NCBI GenBank assembly: GCA_963744145.1
Contig: CAVUSO010000001.1
Location: forward strand, 5,664,001-5,728,000
DNA from: an uncultured cyanobacterium
GTDB taxonomy: Bacteria; Cyanobacteriota; Cyanobacteriia; Cyanobacteriales; CAWUOF01
Length of the DNA: 64,000 nucleotides
Reading direction: 5' to 3'
Part shown: in pieces, positions 20,370 to 31,844 of the stretch
How positions within the stretch are numbered: position 1 is the first letter of the stretch
Layout: every line of letters begins with the position of its first letter
The notes under the pieces: model-generated
What the model saw: the letters and a program-made list of their open reading frames with translations, nothing else
Told to the model about the DNA's origin: nothing
The model's database searches: none
Position numbers and translations under genes: made by a program

Positions 20370-23153
20370 TTAAACTATCTCCGGTTGGACTGATGGCTGA
20401 ACTTGAGGTTGGAATTGGAATAAAGAGTAAACTACATTACGACGAATGTTAGTCATCATGTCTAAAAACAATTCATAACCTTCACTCTTGTATTCAATCA
20501 AAGGATCTTTCTGTCCATAACCTCGTAAACCTACAGCTTCTCTGAGCGCATCCATTTGTTGTAAGTGTTCGCGCCAAAGAATGTCAATCTGTTGTAAGAT
20601 AAAAAATCGTTCCGCTTGACGCATTAAACCTGGTTGAATTTGATCAACTTGCGATTCTTTCAAATCGTAAGCAATTCTAACTTGTTCATACAGGAAGGTA
20701 ATAATTTCTTCCATCGATAATTCTTCGAGTTGATTCGGTTCTAGATCTGCTAGTAGATAAACAAATTCTTTTACTTTACCCACTAAACTATCTAATTGCC
20801 ATTCTTCTGAAGGTAAGTCAGGATTAATGTATGCTTCAACAATATCATCCATGGTATCTTCAGCATATTTAATCACCATTTCTTTCAGATCTTGACCTTC
20901 TAAAACGCAACGTCGTTCTGCATAAATCGCCCGACGTTGGTTATTCATGACATCATCATACTCAAATACTTGTTTGCGGATGTCATAATAATAGGTTTCT
21001 ACTTTGCGTTGGGCACCTTCTAGGGAACGAGTCAACATTCCTGATTCGATCGGCATATCTTCTTCCACCCGGAAGAGATTCATCATATTAGCTACCCGAT
21101 CGCCCCCAAAGATCCGTAACAAGTTATCTTGCAAACTGAGGAAGAATTTGGTCGATCCCGGGTCACCTTGACGACCAGCTCGACCACGTAATTGGTTATC
21201 CACCCGACGGGATTCATGTCGTTCTGTCCCAATTACATATAATCCTCCCACTTGTACCACTTCGTCATGTTCACGAGTAGTAAATTGTTCGTAGAGCCGA
21301 CGGAGTTGGTTGTATACTTCCCGCAGTTTTTGGATCACTAGCTCATCAGTCGGTGCTTTTTCACAAGCGATCGCAATTTTTTCTTCTGCTTCTAGTTCCG
21401 GTAAACTCCTTTCTCCCCACTGTTTTACAGCAAAATCGACCGCTGATTTCAACATTTTTTCCAGATCGGAAGATAGGGAAGTCGGGAATATTTGGGTAGA
21501 TACTTTCCAACTTTTCACTTTTGTTTTGGGCTCGAAACCTTTAGGACTATTGATTTCTTTCGCTCCCGGGACATGGGTCACCCCAAAACGACTTTCATCT
21601 TCAGGCTGAACAATCCGGGGCATAAAGTATTCCCGTAACTTCAACCTCGCCATATAATCAGCATTACCACCTAAAATGATATCTGTCCCACGACCAGCCA
21701 TATTTGTCGCGATCGTGACTGCACCTTTACGACCAGCTTGGGCGATAATTTCTGATTCCCGTTCCACATTTTCTGGTTTAGCATTGAGCAGATTATGGGG
21801 AACACCATGCTCATCTAACAGTTTGGATAGGGTTTCGGAATTTTCAATGCTAGTCGTACCAACTAAAACCGGACGTCCTTTTTCATGTTGGTCAGCACAT
21901 TCGGCGGCGATCGCTTTCCATTTCGCGATTTCTGTTTTATAAACCACATCGGCTAAATCAACCCGACCTGATTTGCGGTTAGTGGGAATTGTGGTTACTT
22001 CTAACTTATAAATCTTTTCAAATTCAGCCTGTTCCGTTTTAGCCGTCCCCGTCATCCCCGACAACTTCGGATAAAGCAGAAATAGATTTTGATAAGTAAT
22101 TGTTGCTAGAGTTTGACTTTCTGGTTGAATCGATACTGCTTCCTTGGCTTCGATCGCCTGATGTAAGCCATCACTCCAACAACGTCCGGGCAGAACACGA
22201 CCTGTAAACTCGTCAACTATCACGATTTCATCATTGCGAACGATATAGTTGACATCTCGAATAAATAATTCTTTGGCTTTAATCGCATTAAAGATATAGT
22301 GAGCCCAAGGATCTTTAGGATCATATAGATCCGTGACCGACAATAATTCCTCAGCTTGAGCAAAGCCTTCATCAGTTAAAAGCACATTCCGGGCTTTTTC
22401 ATCAACTTCATAATGCTCTTCTTTGAGTAATTGGGCTGCTACCTCTGCCCCTCGAATATACTTTTCATCAGGTCGATCGATTTGACCAGAAATAATCAGC
22501 GGTGTTCTGGCTTCATCAATTAGGACTGAGTCTACTTCATCAACTACACAGAAATTAAAAGGACGTTGCACCACATCGGGCATGGCAGTGGCCATATTAT
22601 CCCGCAGATAATCAAACCCAACTTCGCTATTTGTGCCATAAGTAATATCACAGTCATAGCTCTTTTTGCGTTCGATCGGTCCCATGCCCTGTTGAATTAA
22701 CCCGACACTCAATCCCAGAAACCGATGTACCTGTCCCATCCATTCCGCATCGCGACGAGCTAGATAATCATTAACTGTAATGACATGGACTCCTTTACCA
22801 GTCAACGCATTTAAGTAAGAGGGTAAAGTTGCCACTAGGGTTTTGCCCTCACCAGTTTTCATTTCGGCAATTTGTCCGGTGTGAAGAATTATGCCACCGA
22901 GTAATTGCACTTCAAAATGTCGAAGATTTAATACCCTACGTCCAGCTTCCCGAACTACAGCAAAAGCTTCGGGGAGGATCTCATCAAGGGACTGCCCTTT
23001 CTCAATCCGTTGTTTAAACTCTGCTGTTTTGCTGATCAGCTCTGGATCGGAGAGCTTTTGCAGATCTTCTTCGTAGAGGTTAATGTCCACGACCAAGGGC
23101 TGATATTTCTTGAGCTTACGTGTATTCGGATCGCCGAGCAAAGTCTTAAGCAT
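20370..23153 (-). CDS. secA: Preprotein translocase ATPase SecA
   Basis: [50 protein letters not shown]. Confidence 0.99.
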   Translation of the reverse strand: MLKTLLGDPNTRKLKKYQPLVVDINLYEEDLQKLSDPELISKTAEFKQRIEKGQSLDEILPEAFAVVREAGRRVLNLRHFEVQLLGGIILHTGQIAEMKTGEGKTLVATLPSYLNALTGKGVHVITVNDYLARRDAEWMGQVHRFLGLSVGLIQQGMGPIERKKSYDCDITYGTNSEVGFDYLRDNMATAMPDVVQRPFNFCVVDEVDSVLIDEARTPLIISGQIDRPDEKYIRGAEVAAQLLKEEHYEVDEKARNVLLTDEGFAQAEELLSVTDLYDPKDPWAHYIFNAIKAKELFIRDVNYIVRNDEIVIVDEFTGRVLPGRCWSDGLHQAIEAKEAVSIQPESQTLATITYQNLFLLYPKLSGMTGTAKTEQAEFEKIYKLEVTTIPTNRKSGRVDLADVVYKTEIAKWKAIAAECADQHEKGRPVLVGTTSIENSETLSKLLDEHGVPHNLLNAKPENVERESEIIAQAGRKGAVTIATNMAGRGTDIILGGNADYMARLKLREYFMPRIVQPEDESRFGVTHVPGAKEINSPKGFEPKTKVKSWKVSTQIFPTSLSSDLEKMLKSAVDFAVKQWGERSLPELEAEEKIAIACEKAPTDELVIQKLREVYNQLRRLYEQFTTREHDEVVQVGGLYVIGTERHESRRVDNQLRGRAGRQGDPGSTKFFLSLQDNLLRIFGGDRVANMMNLFRVEEDMPIESGMLTRSLEGAQRKVETYYYDIRKQVFEYDDVMNNQRRAIYAERRCVLEGQDLKEMVIKYAEDTMDDIVEAYINPDLPSEEWQLDSLVGKVKEFVYLLADLEPNQLEELSMEEIITFLYEQVRIAYDLKESQVDQIQPGLMRQAERFFILQQIDILWREHLQQMDALREAVGLRGYGQKDPLIEYKSEGYELFLDMMTNIRRNVVYSLFQFQPQVQPSVQPEIV

Positions 23154-23364
23154 GGCTAGAGAAAGGGAATTGCATTAACAGGATTTTAAATTGCTGCCCT
23201 ATTTACCTAAAGGTAATCTAATAGGCAAATCAGCCTTAACTCTATTCAAGATTTGGCTGACTTAATCTTTATCCTATCATTGTGTTTAGAGCTAAAGAAA
23301 TATAGATTATTAGTTCGGGCAATAACTCAAGCAGATTTTTGAATATTCAGGATTTCGACCTGGT

Positions 23365-23928
23365 CTAAGACCCATTTGGAGGATTTTCCCATTCCGGGGT
23401 TAAGACTCGAAAATTGTATAGTCTGACCTTGGGGTGACAGCTAACACAAGTTGAGAGTGTAAGGGGTTTTGGCAATTGAACTTCGGGATGAAGGGCTTTA
23501 AAAAAGCGAGATTGAGCGATCCGATAAGCAAGTTCCTCATCTTTTCCTTGAGAACGGGAGTAGTTACGCAAATAAGCCCAAACCAATTGTAGAGGGGGAT
23601 CGACGAGTAATTTAATTTGAGTGCCATAATGTTGTGGGTCTAGGAGTAACCTTCTCCAAGTTTCGGTGGGTAAAACCGATGGTGGTATAGCGATATGACA
23701 CTGAGCGCAGTTTTCCAGGTAAGTTTCTTCTCCTAATGAAGCTTGGAATGGAATTCCTTCTAAATAATTCCCTGTTTCTGCTATTTGTGAGGGATGAGGG
23801 AGTTGTGGGCTGGGTGGGAAATTGTTTTGCGCTTGTGCTAATCCCACACCAATGCCAATACTCCACAATAAAATCAACAATAACAAAACTAGGGGTGAAC
23901 GTTTTTTTTGTCTAAGTAAATCAGACAT
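23365..23928 (-). CDS. Diheme cytochrome c family protein
   Basis: Two CxxCH motifs (CAQCH, CVSCH); N-terminal membrane/signal segment. Confidence 0.85.
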   Translation of the reverse strand: MSDLLRQKKRSPLVLLLLILLWSIGIGVGLAQAQNNFPPSPQLPHPSQIAETGNYLEGIPFQASLGEETYLENCAQCHIAIPPSVLPTETWRRLLLDPQHYGTQIKLLVDPPLQLVWAYLRNYSRSQGKDEELAYRIAQSRFFKALHPEVQLPKPLTLSTCVSCHPKVRLYNFRVLTPEWENPPNGS

Positions 23929-23982
23929 AAACTAAATTAAATATTTAAGTGTGGTAAGTTGGGTTAAAGGCATGGTGCCCAG

Positions 23983-24891
23983 TTAAGGGATAGGGATAGA
24001 GCGTAGTAATCTTTCTACGATCGCTTTCGCTTTGCGTCCTCCTGCGGGGATTAATCGGTGGGACAGAACGTGGGGTGCCATAAATTTAATATCATCTGGG
24101 ATAGCATAATCTCGACCAGCCAGAAAAGCAAGTGCTTGGGTAGAGCGTTGGAGTGCTACTGTCCCACGCGGACTAACTCCCAGAGTAATTTCTTCATCTT
24201 CACGAGTGGCACGAACGATATTAAGAATATATTGTTGCAATGATTTGTCTACTGTGACATTACTACACAGATGTCGTAATTCTTCGACTTCGGTTAAGGA
24301 AAGGCAAGGTTGCAGTTTTTCCACAGAAACTTCTGTAGGTATTCTTTGGAGCATTTGCATTTCTTCTAATTCGGTTGGATATCCCAAGGATAGAGATAAA
24401 GCGAAACGATCCATTTGCGCTTCGGGTAGAGGAAATGTCCCCTGATATTCGATCGGGTTTTGAGTAGCAATCACAAAAAAAGGACTGGGGACAAAGCGAG
24501 AAACTCCATCCACAGTGACTTGTCGCTCTTCCATTACTTCCAACAAAGCTGATTGAGTCCGGGGAGTGGCACGGTTAATTTCGTCAGCTAGTAAGATGTT
24601 GGCAAAAACTGGTCCGGGCAGAAATTGAAATTCGCCCAGACTCGGATTCCAAATATTGGTGCCAGTAATATCGCTGGGTAAAAGATCGGGGGTACATTGG
24701 ATGCGTTGAAATTTACCATCTAAGGAACGGGCTAAGGATTTGGCTAGTAGTGTTTTTCCTACTCCTGGTACATCTTCTAGCAGAGCATGACCACCGGAAA
24801 GTAAAGCAACTAAGACTAGACGGATCGCATCATTTTTACCAACGATGGTATGACCAAGATTTTGAGTTAGTTTTTCGACGCTTTGGTTCAT
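23983..24891 (-). CDS. MoxR family AAA+ ATPase
   Basis: EDVPGVGKT, DEINRATPRTQSALLE, ATQNP. Confidence 0.95.
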   Translation of the reverse strand: MNQSVEKLTQNLGHTIVGKNDAIRLVLVALLSGGHALLEDVPGVGKTLLAKSLARSLDGKFQRIQCTPDLLPSDITGTNIWNPSLGEFQFLPGPVFANILLADEINRATPRTQSALLEVMEERQVTVDGVSRFVPSPFFVIATQNPIEYQGTFPLPEAQMDRFALSLSLGYPTELEEMQMLQRIPTEVSVEKLQPCLSLTEVEELRHLCSNVTVDKSLQQYILNIVRATREDEEITLGVSPRGTVALQRSTQALAFLAGRDYAIPDDIKFMAPHVLSHRLIPAGGRKAKAIVERLLRSIPIP

Positions 24892-24964
24892 TGTGGCTGA
24901 TGTACTCAGGAATAGTTGACCAAGAAGAGATGATTAGCCATGTCAAGAGAGGCAAAATTTGGGC

Positions 24965-25900
24965 TTATGGCTGATGGTTCAGGAGAATTTTCCTAGCCAT
25001 CTGACAATCTAGTTGAATTTGGGCTTTTAAATCATCTAAGGAAGCGAATTTTATTTCTGGTCGTAAGAAGTCTTCGAGGGTGACAGTTAAATTCTGTCCA
25101 TATAAATCTCCTGACCAATCGAGTAAATAGACTTCCACTTGAGTATTAGTACCATTAATGGTCGGGCGATCGCCAATATTCATTACTCCTAACAGTCGAT
25201 TCTGGTGTGATTGGGCCGATAATTGGACTCTGACTGCATAAACTCCTAGTCTCGGTAAAAATTTGGTTGGAGGTACTTGGAGGTTAGCGGTGGGAAAGCC
25301 AATGGTTCGACCGAGTTGTTGTCCAGTTACTACCCTACCACTCAAACTATAGGCACGTCCAAGTAATTGATTAGCTCGCTTAATATCTCCTTGACTGAGA
25401 AATTGACGAATACTCGAACTACTAATTCTTTCATCTGAGTTTTTTTGGAGTGTGACAATGGTAACTGCTATTCCGTAATGAGCGCCAATCGCTTGTAAAT
25501 CTTCCGCTGTACCTAGACGACCACAACCAAACCGAAAATCAGCCCCGACACTAATTTTTTGGGTTTGTAATTGTTGTACTAGGATTTTTTCGACAAATTC
25601 CGTCGGACTCAGATTTGCTACTTCATTGTCAAAAGGTAAGAGTACCAGTTGCTCCACTCCTAGCGATCGCAACTGGGTGGCTTTTTCCAGGGGAGGTGTC
25701 AGTAAAGTCCATGACTGACCTGAAAAAAATTCTTGCGGATGGGGATTAAAAGTCACCACTGTGGCATAAGGGTTGCCCATTTTTTGTGGTGGAATAATTT
25801 CCTGCACAACTTTTTGATGTCCTTGATGCACACCATCAAAATTGCCCAGAGCTACATAATTTGGAGTTAGAACTGTTGCCAGCGAAGATGTTACCCACAC
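24965..25900 (-). CDS. ribF: Bifunctional riboflavin kinase/FAD synthetase
   Basis: GNFDGVHQGH, ISSSSIR, GRTIGFPTAN. Confidence 0.97.
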   Translation of the reverse strand: MWVTSSLATVLTPNYVALGNFDGVHQGHQKVVQEIIPPQKMGNPYATVVTFNPHPQEFFSGQSWTLLTPPLEKATQLRSLGVEQLVLLPFDNEVANLSPTEFVEKILVQQLQTQKISVGADFRFGCGRLGTAEDLQAIGAHYGIAVTIVTLQKNSDERISSSSIRQFLSQGDIKRANQLLGRAYSLSGRVVTGQQLGRTIGFPTANLQVPPTKFLPRLGVYAVRVQLSAQSHQNRLLGVMNIGDRPTINGTNTQVEVYLLDWSGDLYGQNLTVTLEDFLRPEIKFASLDDLKAQIQLDCQMARKILLNHQP

Positions 25901-25942
25901 ATTTTACATTTTGAAATATAAGCATCGCTAATCAACCACTAG

Positions 25943-26842
25943 CTAGGCAGAAACTTTTGCTTCTGCTAGTGGTTCGGGCATGGCAGTAGAAGTCGGGATC
26001 AGTTGAATTGATAATCCTTCCTTCGCCATCAGACTATCGGGAAATATAGCTGCGACTTGTTCGCCCATCCGGTCTAAAAATTCATCATTGTGGAGTGGAT
26101 CATGGTGGAAAATCACCAATTTTTTCACCCCAGCTGCTTGTGCAACTTTTACGGCTTCTTGCCAAGTTGAGTGTCCCCAACCGATTTTTGGAGATTTGGG
26201 TGAGTTATATTCCTCATCCGTGTATGTGGCATCATAAATTAAGACATCGGCATTACGGGCTAATTTCAGCACGTTTTCATCAAGGCGATCGGGGAAATGT
26301 TCGGTATCGGTAACATAAGCAGCCACATATTCTTGCCACTGAACTCGGTATCCGACTGCTTCTCCAGGATGATTCAGCAGGGCACTTTCGACCATGATGT
26401 CCCCAATACTAATGGTTTCACCGATTAAGATATCGTGAAATTCCAGTTGGGCCGCCATAATTTGCAATGGCACCGGGAAGTTTGGGTGCAACATCTGGTC
26501 GTTCAAACGTTGCTCGATGGTGGAGCCATTTGGGGCGATCGCGCCATAGATCCGAAAGCGATTTCCCTTGACAAACGCTGGGATAAAGAAAGGAAAGCCT
26601 TGAATATGATCCCAGTGGGAATGGGTGAAAAACATATAAGCTTCTAGAGGCATTTGCGATAGTAAAGATTGCCCTAACACTCGCAAACCTGTGCCCCCAT
26701 CAAAGATCAGGCGTTTTCCGCCCAAGCGCATCTCAATGCAAGGTGTATTACCTCCATAGCCTACTGTTTGGGCACCTGGACAGGCAATACTACCTCTAAC
26801 TCCCCAGAAGTGGATGGTAAATTGGTTTTGTATACTAGACAT
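25943..26842 (-). CDS. MBL-fold metallo-hydrolase
   Basis: WGVRGS, THSHWDHIQG, WGHS. Confidence 0.9.
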   Translation of the reverse strand: MSSIQNQFTIHFWGVRGSIACPGAQTVGYGGNTPCIEMRLGGKRLIFDGGTGLRVLGQSLLSQMPLEAYMFFTHSHWDHIQGFPFFIPAFVKGNRFRIYGAIAPNGSTIEQRLNDQMLHPNFPVPLQIMAAQLEFHDILIGETISIGDIMVESALLNHPGEAVGYRVQWQEYVAAYVTDTEHFPDRLDENVLKLARNADVLIYDATYTDEEYNSPKSPKIGWGHSTWQEAVKVAQAAGVKKLVIFHHDPLHNDEFLDRMGEQVAAIFPDSLMAKEGLSIQLIPTSTAMPEPLAEAKVSA

Positions 26843-27139
26843 GGATGTTGACCGCAGGATTTTTCATGTTGGTTTATGGGCAAGATTTTATACCTCAGTA
26901 AAGTCTATGCTATCCAACCCAGTTGCAATGATTGTAAGTTTTGCATATCTTTTCAGAAAATGTACTTGTTTTTATTGCTAGACCAGCTATGAGTATTTAA
27001 CTAGTTGACAATCCCTGGGACATTGCCAAGCTAGGAGTTGGATTTTTGGCGCAATATTTGCTATGGATCTAAACACTCATTCTTGATTAATACCTATTGT
27101 ACCGGAAAGCCAAGGTAACTGTGGCAATGAAAGTTGCTG

Positions 27140-27235
27140 CCCTTCGACTCCGCTCAGGATAAACCCTTCGACTCCGCTCAGGATAAACCCTTCGACTCCG
27201 CTCAGGATAAACCCTTCGGCTACGCTCAGGATAAA
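27140..27235 (+). repeat. Four tandem 24-bp repeats CCCTTCGACTCCGCTCAGGATAAA
   Basis: Direct tandem units without spacers; the 4th has 2 substitutions. Confidence 0.9.
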
Positions 27236-27685
27236 CCTTTTTTGAGCCAAAATTTGGATACTCCTTTAATCACCCTTGCTGTTCTTCCATTCTACTTTCT
27301 AGCCTAACCTGTATTAATCCGGTTGGAAGTGGCTGACTATAACTACAGTAATTTAATCTGGTTACTTGGGTTTGAGCAATTGCTTCTCACCCGATTAATG
27401 AGAATTAATTCTGATCAAGATTTTTTCTTCTACCCAACAAAATGCTCAATGTCAAGCTCAACACCAGATGATGTTGAGCAATTGATCGGACAGGTAAGAT
27501 ATCTGTCCCACTAGAAAAAAAAATTCTCTTGTGGGAACTTCAATCATGCCATAGCGACGCGATCGGTAGCAGCAATCACTAGGAATTAATAACTATTTGA
27601 ATCATGGCAATAAATTTTATCTAACTGATATAATACTTAATTAAATTAAGGATGAGAAAAACACGGTTATCTTGAGCAAAAAAAA

Positions 27686-27938
27686 ATGGCAGATCAATCT
27701 GATTTTTTATATCCCCGGAGCCGTTATTACGGTCAATTTAACCCCCAGAACTTGACTTTTAATGCTAATCTTCAGGAATTTGCCCAGCGGATTAACTATA
27801 TCTGTGCGTTAGAGACAAATGGAAAAATTTCTCCGGAAGATGCTTATCAAGAAATTAAGTTACTCTGGACATGAGTTAAAAGAGTCAAAAATTCAGCTTG
27901 GTATTGGTCCGATCATCCCCCAACCCCGAAGATACTGA
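27686..27938 (+). pseudogene. Small conserved cyanobacterial protein with apparent +1 frameshift near 27869
   Basis: FLYPRSRYYG..NANLQEFAQR..LETNGKISP; removing one base after TGG continues as HELKESKIQLGIG. Confidence 0.55.
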
Positions 27939-28108
27939 CTCCTAGTTTTTTTTTTGGGGATCACTAATGACTTGTTTTAATCTTTATATTGTGAATTTTT
28001 ATCCGTGTTAGCTGACTTGAGTCCTAATTTTGATCGGAAAATGTGACGATCGCGTCTGGAATTGGTCGATCGGTCGGCTCGATGAGATGATTTTTTTTAC
28101 TTAGCCTC

Positions 28109-28137
28109 TTGACGAAAAAATCAACATAAGATAGAAT
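28109..28137 (+). promoter_or_regulatory. Sigma70-type promoter (TTGACG-17-TAGAAT)
   Basis: Near-consensus -35/-10 with 17-bp spacer upstream of the coiled-coil gene pair. Confidence 0.55.
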
Positions 28138-28179
28138 TGATTCAGTTGGTTAAAACAGAGGTGTTTCAACTTACGAGAA

Positions 28180-28350
28180 CATCTCTCTCCCAACCCTTCT
28201 CCTCAAATGAGAGGGAAGCTATTGGGACCTCTCCCCCAACCCTTCTCCTCAAATGAGAGGGGAGCAGAAGGACTCCGATTAAATCTTACCTAAATTTAAT
28301 CATCTAAATTGCTCCCCCTGCCCTCCTAGAGAAGGGGGTTGGGGGTTAGG
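28180..28350. repeat. REP-like duplicated hairpins (CTCCCAACCCTTCTCCTCAAATGAGAGGG x2 plus an inverted copy)
   Basis: Direct and inverted repeats visible. Confidence 0.6.
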
Positions 28351-28486
28351 TCAAGAATACGAGCATTGAGGATGAAATAGTCCTGGTTGACTAAAGAGTT
28401 AGAGGAGATTAGTAATTAGAGCTGGGGTCGCGATCGAACAAAAAAGTGATACTAAGAAGAGATTGTCAAGCAACTGGAGCAGAAAA

Positions 28487-29491
28487 ATGGTCAGTCAAAT
28501 TACCGTAAAAGACAATAAGGCTAAAATATTTGCAGCATTTGGGCAAATTCTATCTGAACGAAAAAAGATTGATTCAAAAATTGCCACCAAAGAACAAGAA
28601 GCAGAAAAAGAGAAAAATAAACAAGTTCTGCTAGTTGCTGCTACCTATACCGTAGATAGCATTGTCAAAGGTTTAGCTGATTTGCAATTAGATTTTGGCA
28701 CAATTGTCAATGGGTTGTCAGAGAAGTTAACTAAAGAAACTGCCAAATTAGATGAACTAAAACGAGCGATCGAAGCCCAACAGCAGCAATGGCAAGAACT
28801 TCAACAAATTAGAATTGTAGCAGATGCCCTCCATCTTTTGACTCAAGAACATCAAGAAAAGTTAAAAGTGCTAGAACAAGAGTCAGCTCGTCATCGAGAA
28901 GCACTTGAAAAAGATCAGGCTGAAAAACGCAAAATTTGGCAAAAAGAGCAAGCCGAATATGAAATTTTAGTCCAAGAACAAACCCAACTTGCTACTAAAG
29001 AACGACAAGGAGAAGCGGCTGATTATCAATATGAAACTGAACGATTACGCAAATTAGAAATGGATGATTATGAAGAAAGAAAGCGTAATCAAGAAAGGGA
29101 GTTACAGGAACTTAATCAAACTAAAGATAAGCAATGGAAAGAGAGAGAGAAATTCTTAAATAGTCAACAAAAACTATTTACAGAAAATCAAGCTAAAGTG
29201 GAAGCATTTCCTAAAGAATTAGAGGAAGCTATCAAAAAAGCTCGCGAAGAAGCAATTAAAGAGACTCTCCAAGAAGCTAAAGTAAAAGCTGATTTGTTTG
29301 ACAAAGAATGGGAAGCTAGTAAACAAGGATATGAATTTAAGATTCAATCTCTTGAAGCGACAATTCAGAAACAAAATGAACAGATTAATGAGCTTGCTAC
29401 TCAGCTCCAATCCGCAGTAAAACAAGCGCAAGATTTGGCGATGAGAGCTTTTTCTAGTTCTGCTAATGCTATTGGTTCAACTCAATCTTAA
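28487..29491 (+). CDS. Long coiled-coil protein (paralog A)
   Basis: E/K/Q-rich heptads; shares KVEAFPKELE.AIKKA.EE and QLQS..KQ.QDLA with the next gene; start moved to the ATG after the GGAG RBS. Confidence 0.75.
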   Translation: MVSQITVKDNKAKIFAAFGQILSERKKIDSKIATKEQEAEKEKNKQVLLVAATYTVDSIVKGLADLQLDFGTIVNGLSEKLTKETAKLDELKRAIEAQQQQWQELQQIRIVADALHLLTQEHQEKLKVLEQESARHREALEKDQAEKRKIWQKEQAEYEILVQEQTQLATKERQGEAADYQYETERLRKLEMDDYEERKRNQERELQELNQTKDKQWKEREKFLNSQQKLFTENQAKVEAFPKELEEAIKKAREEAIKETLQEAKVKADLFDKEWEASKQGYEFKIQSLEATIQKQNEQINELATQLQSAVKQAQDLAMRAFSSSANAIGSTQS

Positions 29492-29535
29492 ATCTAGAAT
29501 TCATCAGCAATAATCAATAATTGAGGAAATGCAAA

Positions 29536-30639
29536 ATGGCAAAAAAACCAACTGCAAAAAGTACCAAAGCGGAAATTTTAGAAGCTTATGAAAAAGCTCA
29601 AAAAGAAAAATTAGAGTTGGAAACAGAACTCAAGCAACTGCAAAAACAAAAAGCAAATGTCAGTATTGAAAAACCATCAGAAGTGAAAGAAGTGAAGGAA
29701 GTGAAGGAAGTGAAAACCCCTATGGCTCAACCAGCGATCGCCCAGAAAAAAATGGCTCATACGATTGAAAGTCTTGCCCAATTACAATTAGGATTTGGTA
29801 GTTCTATTAGTGAGTTGTCAGAACAACTTACTTCGGAAGCTTCTCAATTACAAGACCTCACTAAATCTGTAGCAGAGGAAATTAAACAGTTAGAGGAATT
29901 GCATGATCTTAAGCAAATTAATGATGATACCTTGGATACTTTAATTGAACAATATGAAAATCAGGCTAAAACATCTGAAGAAGAAAGTAATTTAAGACGA
30001 GAAACCTTAGACCAAGAGTTAATTCAATTACGCAAAGCTTGGGAGAAAGAACAGGAAGAATATAAGCGTGCTATTAAAGAACGTCATGAGAATCAACAGA
30101 AAGCAATGCACCGCAATAGTGAGGAATATCATTATGATTTAGAACTGCAACGGAAATTAAGTGATGAAACCTATGAACAGACGAAAAAAACCCTAGAGCA
30201 AGAATTAGCAGAGATTCGCAAGGAACAGGAAAAAGTTTGGGAAGAACGAGAAAAAGCGATCGCGGAACGAGAACAGCTTTTCCATGAGTCTAAAAATAAA
30301 GTCGAAGCATTTCCCAAAGAATTAGAAGCAGCAATTAAAAAAGCGAAGGAAGAAGGTAAGGGAATTGCTACTTACCAAGCTAAAGTTAAAGCTGATTTAT
30401 TAGCTAAAGAAGTGGAAGGTCAAAAACGTTTCTATGAATTAAGATTGCAATCATTGGAAGAGACAATTAAAAGTCAACAAAATCGCATTCAAAGTTTATC
30501 TAGTCAATTAGAATCAACCTTGAAGCAAGTCCAAGATTTGGCAGTAAAAGCAATCGAAGGTGCTTCCAGCGTTACTTCATCTCAGGTATTTAAAGAAATT
30601 GCGATCGAACAAGCTAAGGGAATTCAAAAAAATAAATAG
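29536..30639 (+). CDS. Long coiled-coil protein (paralog B)
   Basis: Paralog of the upstream gene; (EVK)4 microrepeat. Confidence 0.75.
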   Translation: MAKKPTAKSTKAEILEAYEKAQKEKLELETELKQLQKQKANVSIEKPSEVKEVKEVKEVKTPMAQPAIAQKKMAHTIESLAQLQLGFGSSISELSEQLTSEASQLQDLTKSVAEEIKQLEELHDLKQINDDTLDTLIEQYENQAKTSEEESNLRRETLDQELIQLRKAWEKEQEEYKRAIKERHENQQKAMHRNSEEYHYDLELQRKLSDETYEQTKKTLEQELAEIRKEQEKVWEEREKAIAEREQLFHESKNKVEAFPKELEAAIKKAKEEGKGIATYQAKVKADLLAKEVEGQKRFYELRLQSLEETIKSQQNRIQSLSSQLESTLKQVQDLAVKAIEGASSVTSSQVFKEIAIEQAKGIQKNK

Positions 30640-30679
30640 TCTGGTCGATCGCGTTAACAAATTTAAAGATAGACAGAGT

Positions 30680-30704
30680 AGCCCGTTCATCCGGGCTTTT
30701 TTTT
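30680..30704 (+). terminator. Rho-independent terminator
   Basis: AGCCCG-loop-CGGGCT followed by a T tract. Confidence 0.75.
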
Positions 30705-30768
30705 GTGTAATCTGGAATGGATTGAGGAGACTGGTTGAAAATTAGTAATGGAATAGGCTCAGTTACAA

Positions 30769-31245
30769 ATGACCATCTATTTTTATAAAGTTGACGATCC
30801 TTTTGGCTGCTTTTCTAATTTTTCTCCCCATGGGATTAGTTTACATGGTCAATATTGGCCAACAGTAGAACATTATTATCAATCACAAAAATTTGTCAAT
30901 ACGATTGATGATTCACTCATCAAAGTTATCCAGGTTGCGAAAACTCCAGTAGAAGCTACAGTTTTAGGACGTGATTGTCGTCGTTCAGTACGTTCTGATT
31001 GGGACTTAGTCAAACAACCGATTATGAGAGAAGCTGTCTTAACCAAATTCTTGACTCATCTCGACATTCAAGCGATTCTGCTGTCTACAGGAGATGAATT
31101 GATCGTGGAAAATTCGCCCACTGATTATTATTGGGGATGTGGCTTAAATCAAACTGGGAAAAATTATTTGGGTAAACTTTTGGTGAGTATTCGTGAACAA
31201 ATCCGTCATCAATTAGATGCCCAATCTGATCGGATTTATAATTAA
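30769..31245 (+). CDS. NADAR (YbiA-like) family protein
   Basis: FSNFS, WPTVEHYYQSQKF, ENSPTDYYWG, GKNYLGKLL. Confidence 0.92.
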   Translation: MTIYFYKVDDPFGCFSNFSPHGISLHGQYWPTVEHYYQSQKFVNTIDDSLIKVIQVAKTPVEATVLGRDCRRSVRSDWDLVKQPIMREAVLTKFLTHLDIQAILLSTGDELIVENSPTDYYWGCGLNQTGKNYLGKLLVSIREQIRHQLDAQSDRIYN

Positions 31246-31844
31246 TGATTGAGGAGATTAAGTTTTTTTTTCTTGTGACCAATCAAGGTTGTCCAATCAT
31301 CCAGATTCGATGGAGAGCTTATCCCTGGGATTTCCTGATCTCGTTGATCCCAAAACCTCAACAGGCATTTTTATCTTGTTCAGACCTAGTTGTTAATTTT
31401 TTATAAACTTAAATAAGTTATATTAAGAATTTCCTCAAAATTTTTACAAATTTTGAGTAGAATCTGCTAAAATGTTATAGAATAATTTAAGAATTTGAGT
31501 AAGGAATAACTGACCTGGACTTAAAGCTGGACTAATCAGCTAAAACAGAGTTTTGTTAAAGCCACAGCAAATTGAGCTAGCTATTTGATCCTCACTCAAT
31601 TCTAAATCACAAAAGTGGAGTAATAGAGATTGAGTAAAAATGTTTTATCAGGATGAATAACTCTGGACTTGCTAAGGATTAACAATACTGTTTTCTATAC
31701 TTACTGATCAACAAGTTCGCCAGAGCAGACTGTTATATAGTTAAGTAAGTAATTATACAGTTAATATTTTAATTCTGATTAAATTCAGAAATAAGTATCT
31801 TTTGCTACAGCAAAATTGGGATAAAGCTTTGGTGGTGGAGTTTT

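Noticed and set aside
27140..27235. Possible CRISPR array
   Set aside because: The 24-bp units are directly tandem with no spacers, no cas genes are nearby, and the same motif occurs in dispersed REP-like repeats.
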